Assembly (NCBI RefSeq): GCF_000150275.1
Contig: NW_002060945.1
Coordinates: 4,575,397-4,639,396 of the forward strand
DNA length: 64,000 bases
DNA from: Trichoplax adhaerens
Taxonomy: Eukaryota > Animalia > Placozoa
Direction: 5' to 3'
The notes beneath the pieces were generated by a model, which was not told the DNA's origin, searched no databases, and worked only from the letters and a program-made list of their open reading frames with translations. The position numbers and the translations under genes were made by a program. Below, piece after piece: positions 51,353 to 61,098 of the stretch (its first letter is position 1; every line of letters begins with the position of its first letter).

Positions 51353-54300
51353 ATGGACAAGAGAGCATTTCCACTACTGAGGTTGAAAGTCAATTTCAAA
51401 TCTCATCGATTTGTGGTAGGTTGATAACAGCATCTTGCTGTCCTGTAGAGGTATACGGAGATTGGATAAGTGGTCATGATGAAATTTTACTATATGTTTC
51501 TACGCATTGAATGAGGTCTGAATAAAGGATCTATGTTACATTCTCGACCTCCAGCCAGTAATAATAATCATCAATCATGGGGAAGAATTTCCCTAGCAAA
51601 GAGATTGAGGTGTCGATAAAAAGAAGAAATTATCCTCATAGGGGTCTTGAAGTCTACATGAGATAATGACATGAAAATAATGGAGATCAAAGTGGATATA
51701 AATGCATTTTCCTTTACAACATGATGAGGAGAAATTTAGGACAATACTGCAATTGCAACCAATGAAAGTACATAGTGCACCTGTCGATTAGTTGTAGTGC
51801 TGTATCAACATGTAAAAGCGTGCTTACAAGCAGAAATAATCCACCAGTTTAGTGGAGTCATTAATTTATGATACAAAGTTCAGCTACATACAGTATAGCC
51901 AACATCAGAGTTACATCAGTTAGTGTCAATTGTATTCTGTCGGACATCGTCAATCGGACTGATAGACCTCAGCTTCACTGGAAGCCGTATGTATAGTGCG
52001 TTCTCCTATGTAAGAGCTCGCGTAGGATTGTCACTTGATGCTTCTTAGCACTTCCAAATCACTTATTAGTTTCTTATTCTTAAATTGGGATACAAAAAAG
52101 TCAATTTTACATCTAGTAGCTATCAGCGGATGTTATCATTTAGATCGAAGACTATAGTACTGCGGTAATCGCACGTTCAACATGATAGTGCTTAATCTTC
52201 GAATCTTTGTCACGGACATATCCTTCAAAATTAATCTCACTCGTACTACAATACGCGTACAAGTAAAAGATGTTGCTTTCTACGAATAGAATATTACACT
52301 AGCAATGGATTTTTACCTCGCTATACATATTTTACAACATATCCAGTAATGAACTCTTGATCTAACTATTGACCAAGTACTTATTTACAATCTATATATC
52401 TTAACCACATACGAGTATACAATATTGAAAAATGGCATTAACGTCATCATAGTTTCTTCGGTAATTACAAAATCAACATGTCTTACTATTGACCATTATT
52501 CGTTCTAGGTTCTCATTCCAGACGACACTTCGGTTAGCAATGCAGTGTTTGAAGCCAATGCCGTCTTTCACAGATTATATCCACTCGAAAGGTAATATCA
52601 TATCATCTTTGATCTTAAGTAGCATGATATCTGTCCAATATATCACCCTGACATTGAATAATTAATCTAAACGCATCCATAGAGATTCTAATATTGTTCG
52701 ACTCCAAGACGATACCGGTTGTGACTTAGAATCATCCTACCCTATTTCCTTAGCTGTTGGTAATTCCATGGAAGTGATGGGATATTCGAATGATTCCCGG
52801 CTTAATTATTCTAGTATACAAAGTATTGATAGGTATTATATAGCTAATAATTGAAATCATTGTCCCCCAAAATTACTGCTTTTTTGATTCAATACTTGAA
52901 GTAATTGTATGTATTTAAATACTAGCAGTAAAGTACGGGATGATGACTCGTCTGGATATCATGCATCATCAATTGTAAGCTCTATGTAAAATTGATTACT
53001 AATTTAGTCTTTGTATAGAATATCATACATACATTTATTATTCATAATCGCTGTTTGACGATATATTTTTTTCATTAAAATCTATAGACAAGTTTTCTAT
53101 CTCCAGAAGGCAACAGCTTTATGTCTAAGACTCCCGCACACATTACAAGTAAGGGTAAATAATGTTTATTCACTTTTAATAGCTGTACAAAATGAACAGC
53201 GTGTGTTTATATCACCTCTATGATTGCTTAGGCAACTCTAGGAGCAATAAAGATAGAGATGGTTATGGAACGCACTCTACACCTTTTATTCAAAGATTCC
53301 TAAGTCATAATCACCCATACAACAGAACACTTCCACTGGCACAATCCTCAAAGGGAACAACTACAGCAATAACTCAAGTTAATCAAACGGAAGCTGCTCG
53401 ATCTCACGACGGAAATTCAAATCAACACAGCTCTGAAATACCTTTAGGAGCCTTTAATCTTTTTGGAGAGACTACAACAGGCTTGGGTAATTATAATGAT
53501 AACAATGACAGTATTTGTAACGACATAATTAGTTGAAACTGACACGAATTAAAGACCTTATGTAAATACACTTCTCATTAATTTCTATTTTATCTTACTT
53601 CAATTATAGTGATAAATCAGCAAACATCAACTGAACGTGAAAATCCCGATATCAGTAACATAAACCAACGTGAAATTTCTAACTCAGATAGCGAAATTGC
53701 AGTTCCAGAGGCCCGAAATGGTACGACACGCGATATACCAGTTGAAAACGTAGCTGATGCTGTTAATCAAAATAACGCATTGCTAAATCTCGAAATTTCA
53801 ACGCAGAAATCTATTAGCTCGAAACCCCATAATACTAGCAAGTTGTCGAATACAAGTATTGATAAAGTTACGACATCGACAGCTGAAACTGTTACTAGCA
53901 ATGCTATAAAGACTGCAAATATTGAAAATATAAATGAAGATTGTAATAATGTTAGTTCTCCAGCTTCCAAAAATTTAATCAAAATGCAAGATAACGCTAT
54001 CACTGATCATTGTAAGGCTACCGACAAAAGTGATGTCAGTGGAATTACTGACAGGGAACTACAAAGTGGTAAAGGATATAATGGAAACAGCGCCAGTATA
54101 TTAACCGAAGATGAAAGTTCCCGAAAGAATGAGCAGAAAAATCTTACTGGTGGCAATATTAATATTGGTATTGGTGATGACAGCAATTCTAGAGACATTT
54201 TAAACAAAGAATTATCTGCCGATGTTAGTGATGGTGAAAGCAGCTCTGTTAAAAAAGCAAATGGTGAACCCAATAATACTGATAATATTAACAGAAGCGA

Positions 54301-55624
54301 TGGTTCTAGTGACAAAATATCAATTAGCCACGACCAAAGTTGTAGCTCTATTTACAGCAGTGGCAGTGATGATGGCGAAACCGATACCAGCGATGATAGC
54401 GAAACCGATGCCAGTGATGAATCTGGTAATGTTGCGAATAAAGACAATATTGTTAAGCAATCGAAGGATGGAACTAACATTAGAGTTGTTAAAAGTGTAA
54501 ACCATAAAAATTTGAAATCAAACGAAGAGAATCAATCTACGGACACTGAAGAAAGTAGTGAAAGCACCGACAGTGAAAATAGTAGCAGCAGTAGCGCCAG
54601 CGAAAGTTCCTCATCACCAATTGTTAATACTGATAAGAAGTCTCTGTCAAACAATAATAGTAATCGTAAGAAGAACTTTATCCCTATTGCAGATAATAAG
54701 AGACCTAGCGATACCTTAAATCCTGAAACCGCATCACCGAGAAAAAATTTGAACAAAGAATTGGCGAAGTCAACGAAAAGGAAGGCAAAATTTATAAATG
54801 AAAATAAAAATGACTCGAAGAAGTTGAAGCTACAACACAGCCTAGAAGATGTACAAAAAACTAAGATTACGGAGGATAATTTAATTGAATCTGATAAAAA
54901 ATCAGATTCAGGTAAGTTAATACTAATTCTCTACAAGATTATTTAACATATACGTGTATTTTAACAAACTTGCTATTATTGCAAGGTTAATGCTTATGCA
55001 CTTTATGATATTAGTGCAATATTCTTTCAGTATGATCATTATTGCTTTTTTTCTTAATCGTATACAGATAGTATTAATTCTAGTGAAAGTTCGTCTGAAA
55101 GCGACTCAGAAGTTGAAAGGACTAAAAAAATGGTGGAAGATTGTAAGCACTAGTTATCTAGCATTATACCAAAGTTTAACATATTCAATATAACTGGCCT
55201 TGAGTACAATTTCTTTACAACACGAATTAATTGCTAACAATATTACTCTTTCGTATAACAATCAGATGAGAAGAGAACTAAAACACTCAGTGTAACTGCA
55301 TCAACCACTACTTCTACGAAGAAAAGACCATCAGAAGCGTCGTTGCAACGATTAAAAACTCAGCAAACCCTTGTTCAATCATTAAGTAGCAGTAAATCGA
55401 TGAAACAAGCTACAAATAGACGAGGGAAGAAATCAGTTAACTTTATTCATGATCTTCCAAAGGAAATGTTGTCAACAGCGGCTAAGAACGATTTCGATAT
55501 TAGTGAATCGAAAGGTATACAAGTAAAGGAATCTGATGATTTAAGCGGCCATTTACAGCGTGTACTACGAGATGAATCAGCTTGGCATAAAAAAAAGAAA
55601 CGTCGTAGTCAAAAAGCTACATAA
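51353..55624 (+). CDS. ~800-aa putative nucleolar protein with an N-terminal ubiquitin-like domain resembling Net1/Tof2/Dnt1, a long Ser/acidic/basic disordered body and a basic C-terminus
   Basis: In-phase GT-AG exons 51353-51415, 52509-52591, 52683-52832, ~52926-52973, ~53088-53154, ~53232-53486, 53610-54911, ~55068-55142, ~55266-55624. N-terminus MDKRAFPLLRLKVNFKSHRFV|VLIPDDTSVSNAVFEANAVFHRLYPLER|DSNIVRLQDDTGCDLESSYPISLAV; ends KKKKRRSQKAT*. Confidence 0.75.
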
Positions 55625-56392
55625 ATCTGTTCACTGTATTTCATTAATGCATTACGACTAATACGAGCTAGCTTTCTACACTCCTTAATAGGAATACAGT
55701 TCACTAATATAAGCATATAATAAGGATTAACATCAATAATTATAAGTAATATCTTCATGAGTAATCTCAGCGATTGAGGTTTTACTTTTAAATTCATGGT
55801 GTAATTAATGACACCACCATCTATTCTTATTTTCTTCATTGTGTAGATAGTTTACGCAAGCTGTTACGAGAAATTTGAGGATTGGATATAAGTATAAATT
55901 GTAAATATAAATGGAGCAGGCATAGGAATTGCAGCATTACACTACATACTGCATATTATTGGCCATCAATACAGTATTACAAATATATAAAAACTTTCGC
56001 ATTCAATGCGAACGATCGTCTGGAATGTTCTGTTTGGGGTATCAAAGCATAGATTGTTCATTTATTATCTCAAACGCATGTTATTGTATTGTCTTCTCTT
56101 ACATATTTAAGATCGATATATATAAAGCCAAGACTCGAAATGGTCGAAAAGAGCATTTCAATTTACCGTCTTAATTATCGCTCAATACATAAATCTACAT
56201 CGACTTTGTGCAATTTTAGTAATTAAGAATTTCTAATCGGATAAACTAACCCAATATCAATTATCTAACAGAAATTACTTCACTCATAAACAAAACCGAT
56301 ACCTTGATTTTCAAGAAGATAAAATAAATACTTGCAAAAATCTCTAATATTATGATGTAATGCTGTAGAAATGTAGTGTCATCAATATAAAT

Positions 56393-59300
56393 TTAGATAA
56401 CATCAAGAACAACTGAAGCTTCAAATCTTGCACCGGCAGACAAAGAACGAGGCTTAGCTACATATCCAGCTTCGACACAAATCATTTCTTTATACTATTA
56501 AATACAGAAGTTATTCCAAAGTTAGGTTATATTACTGTATAACAACTATAGCGACTTTAAAGTTACTTTAATTACAACAAATCATGCATACTACATAATA
56601 TTTATATTGATGACTTACCTCTTCATCACCAAAGTCTGACATTACTTTAGCTTTTTCTTGCCAAGGATTCCACACAACTACTCCATTTCATTGATCAACA
56701 AGCATGATATAGACAAAGCATACAGTAGTATTCATACAGGGTAAACAAATTTTTATTTTATTATATTACTAAAATTGCGATAAATAATACCCTATTACAC
56801 TATTATTACTGACCAACATCGGGCAGATTTACGCGCGTCATAACAACGTTCTGATTGCCATTCAAATTAGTAACTTCATTTCTATCTACTGAACCTATAT
56901 ACAATCTTAACGAATTACATATTAAATATTAGTTCTGTAGTTGTCAATAATGATCAGTTAAGTTAAAGTGTAGTTAAGTGTAGTAATATATGATCATATT
57001 AACGGTATAGCAATACATAATGTAAATAGAAAATTTACACTAAACGGGATAAAGATAAACTCGAGAAAGCAACTCGTACCGATCAACAAATTCTTTAACT
57101 GTAACCAAGTCATTTTCCTCTACAAATTTCTTGGATTGCCTTACCTGCAGGTACAAGAATTACAAGAAATACCTTAATACGTAACCAATTCTCATCAAAT
57201 ACAAGGACTAATGATGATCTTATGACGGTCTTACAACCTGTTTAATTCTAAAGAGTGTAAGGAAAATAAATTACCTTGTCAATATATTTTAATGACTTTA
57301 AGCCAGAAATTGTAACTTTGTTTACATCCAATGTCTTAAAGTATGTATGTAGAAGTGTGGTAAATTCAAAGGAGTCATTGCCTATAGAATGAAGTTGCAA
57401 GTCATACATCTACAGTATTTATAATTTTATCAAAATCTATCTAATTCAACAGTAACAGCAAATTTGGATAGTTTACCTTCATTTCTAACGTCTAATTTGA
57501 GCTTCAGTTGACGCTTACCGATGATGACAGTGTAAAACAAGTTAAAGCTAAAGCAAAAGAATAGATAATTAAAGGGGTTTAAGTGTAAAGTCGAGTTTGT
57601 AAATTGGTTAGAAATCAACTAAACTTAATATCAGAATTGTTTCGTGTGATAGTATCATACCGATTATCTTGCCACATTTGTCTTGTGTTCTCATTATCCT
57701 GTAGTAAAAACGTTGCAGAAACAGTATCCCCATCCTGAAATAAAATCAGCTTTAATCTATGGCAGCTACTGTAACAGCTATTGTTTCGTAATGTGCTCGA
57801 ATATCATTTACTATTTTGTCCTACGTCTCATAATAATAAGAGCAATCGTTGAAGATTGCAATATACAGAATACTAACAAGCACTTGTACAAAGTAGCTTA
57901 ATCACGTTACGCTCGTACTTCTATTTCCTATTCGAATATATTACGCATGATTTGTGTCTTTACTGCTCTACATCGCTATATAATGACCACGAATTATCAG
58001 TTGAATCATACTAATTTTCTGTTTTTAATTAAAAGAATTTGCAGCAAAGAATGATCCATGCTCTGCACATTTTAGATACCTTTGCTGGTGGTTTTTCCAA
58101 AGTCCAGCGACTTATCCGAGCAAATCCATGTTGTGGTCCAAGCTCCCAAGGGCCAAAATGAGCTACGATATTAGAGTTACGTAATTATCATGCGACTTAT
58201 TTCCATTCAATATAATCAACATACGCAAGATAACTAGGTAGCTCTTAATACCGCATGATGAGCACACTGATTTGCTCCATCTCACTAAAAGCCTAACAAT
58301 GCATCTATTATGAAATTTAATTCGAGCTGACGATAGAACTTACGATAAACGATGGGTATACCACCACGAATAGCTTTAACATTATTAAAAACTGCTTGCT
58401 GGCTGTGGATTGTAACAGTCAACAATAATTCGTTAAACGTACGTAAGTTCGCTAAACGATACAAATGTATACAATGTTTTGATGTAATGATTTCAATAAG
58501 AAATCGATACTGAGGCACAATACCTTACAAATAGCATTTCCGTGCCATCGCAAAGCCAAGATGTTAACGTTGCACCTGAAATAGTGCCATTAACGTAAAA
58601 CTTTTAAAAAACCTTGTTTATTAAAAGTAAATCAACAAAACACTTTGGCCCTAGTTGTCACATCTGGTACCCGCGTGAACATTCAATTAGCGAGTATTGA
58701 GACAATTGATGACCAGATATGAATTGATGGTTCTTACTTGTTAGAGTAACATATATAATAGGATCTGTTGATACTATATCACTAAATGATTGCGGTATAA
58801 GTGTAGATGATAAATATGATAAAGTGATGTGAAGTTCCTTACTAGGTCATTTAAATTTCTTTGCAACAGGAAATTCCATCATACAAATAACAGTAAGATT
58901 TTATAACCATCAATGGGATTGCGGTATTCCAGTACTGTACAGTACAGTGCAATATAAATGAACTTATGATTAGATAATGTATAATCTAACTTACTGCGTT
59001 GATATTACTACATTTTAACAACATTATGTGAGAATGATACTCTGATGTTTATGATTTGGGATCAAATGCTACCTACAATATTAGATCTTGAGTTCGATAC
59101 CGTATTTCTAATAGCTAATTAATAACTATACGTATAGTCGACGTTTTACGTCCACGTATGCACGAATTTATTTACCAATATACAGTAATCAGTTAATATT
59201 TCATCTGAAGTTTGGAACAATACTAAATTTTAATCCAGTGTTGGCAGCGTCAATGCTAAGGGTTTTTATGCTAACAGCTGATAACAAATTATATACTAAG

Positions 59301-59570
59301 GCTCTCGCGTAAACTGTGGGAATATTGTTAGCATGCATGAGTAACTTACGTGTATTTACTTACTGATACAAGGGATTTGCTAAATCATGCAAAAGTGCAG
59401 CAAAATCGACCGTATTGCAATTTATTTATTTATTTATTTATTATCATTCATGTAAGTGTGTACTTGCATTAAAGTTTCTTACACCTGACATTTTGCTTAC
59501 CATGGAGGTTAACCTTGCATATATTTTCTTGGTCTAGATTTAATTCCACCACGTCGTCAGCGGCCGCCAT
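56393..59570 (-). CDS. Glucose-6-phosphate 1-epimerase / aldose 1-epimerase family protein (multi-exon)
   Basis: LHGATLTSW, AIRGGIP, HFGPWELGPQHGFAR, FTTLLHTYF, YIDK, EFVDR, LPDV.VWNPW..KAK.MSDFGDEEYKEMICVEAG. Confidence 0.94.
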
Positions 59571-59654
59571 CTTACCTTACCTAGTCTATCTCTGACCAGA
59601 TACTGTACTTGCTAATTTTTTGCCCCTCAATAAAATAAACAGAATGCAGTCTAG

Positions 59655-60020
59655 ACTCTAGACCAGTTGTACAGTACAGTATGAGTGTTGTACAATGTAC
59701 AGTACAGTACCATCACGAACACGCTTGGCTGTGCAAATTCTACAGTATTTACAGATGTCTGTCTGTACTGTAAATCTGAGGCTGCTTTTCTTTTCTTTTA
59801 CCGCACATATTGCTGTACTGTACTCTGACTATACGGTACTGTATGCCCGCCTGTGATATACCGTACAGTATAGAAATCCGCGAAGTCATGTAGTCCAGGT
59901 ACAAATGTACATGATACTGGATGTCTGGAGTTGAAAATTTAATAGCTTTTACTATGGAAAAATTAAAGAAAGTTATACAGTACAGTGTTTGCATATTTAT
60001 TCACATCACTATACTGTACA
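59655..60020. promoter_or_regulatory. TACAG island upstream of the epimerase gene, containing a half copy of the 17.9-kb hairpin arm
   Basis: TACAG runs; AAATTTAATAGCTTTTACTATGGAAAAATTAAAG at 59935-59968. Confidence 0.65.
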
Positions 60021-61098
60021 ATAACTAGAACAGCACATATTATAGACTTATCGTGCAATGGCAAAGATATCTCCTACATAAAAGATTCTCATTTCTTCAA
60101 AATGACCATCGGAGTTTACCCTTAGTACGCTACAATGATATATTTCGTTTCGCGGCTGATCGGCAGGGTCGCAGCATATTTTACGAGCTATATTAATGTA
60201 AACAAACTCAACTTCTTTTATAATGCTGTAAGTTACTATGGTATCGCAGGTCATGACACTGCAATCAACAGCTGGAACTACTAAATGAAAGCACTGTAGC
60301 GCTCCCTGTAAACAGTACTGTACGAATGCATTCGGTATAGTGTATGAGTATATGTATAAATATGTTATACACCGTTGATAAACATACCCCGTAAAGTAGT
60401 ACCATGAATTACTAGATAGTCGGATATTATCTAGTAGTCCATGGTACAGTAATGCCAATCTAGCTCAAAACACTGTGGCTTAATTTTAAGATCATATTCG
60501 ATGCATACTACGGTAGCATGTTAACAGCTATCACAGCAAGCTAACGAAATAAATACCGTACTGTATAATATGCAGCATAACATACTCGTACTAGTGCATA
60601 TGTATAACAATCGAGACATTGAAATACCCTTCCAAAAATTTTAATATAAACGTACATCTTCTCAAGTTTATTTCCAGCAATTGAATTGCTAGACAATAAC
60701 AAAGTAAATAGAACCATAATATCATAGGAGAAAAGTAATAAAATATTAAAATAGAAGGCTAGTAAAATAACGATGACTTGAAATTTAATCGGAGCGTATT
60801 AATACGAACTGTAATGATAAATAAATTAAATTTAATTGTCCCTGCAAAAAATGTTTGACTTTAAATCGAGCATTAATATTGTACATTGATTGTTTACATC
60901 CAAAGGCATTCAGATAACTTTGTTGAGCAAATTTAGATATTCAAATGTAATCGTATTTACAAAAAAAGTCCACTCTTATCACTGTAGATAGTGTATAGTT
61001 AGTCCTATTTATAATAGATTTGAACTTGCTAATATCTGTTATTCTAGTGTACAGCGAAATTTTTTTAATACACTAATTACTTTATGTAATATAGTCAT

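Noticed and set aside
53767-54756. Antisense Leu/Ser-rich ORFs (also those overlapping ZFR exon 2 and MYORG)
   Set aside because: Shadow frames of real coding exons.
51353-55624. Calling this gene coilin or Nopp140
   Set aside because: No RG box or C-terminal Tudor-like domain (coilin), and no LisH or SRP40 C-terminal motif (Nopp140) recognised.
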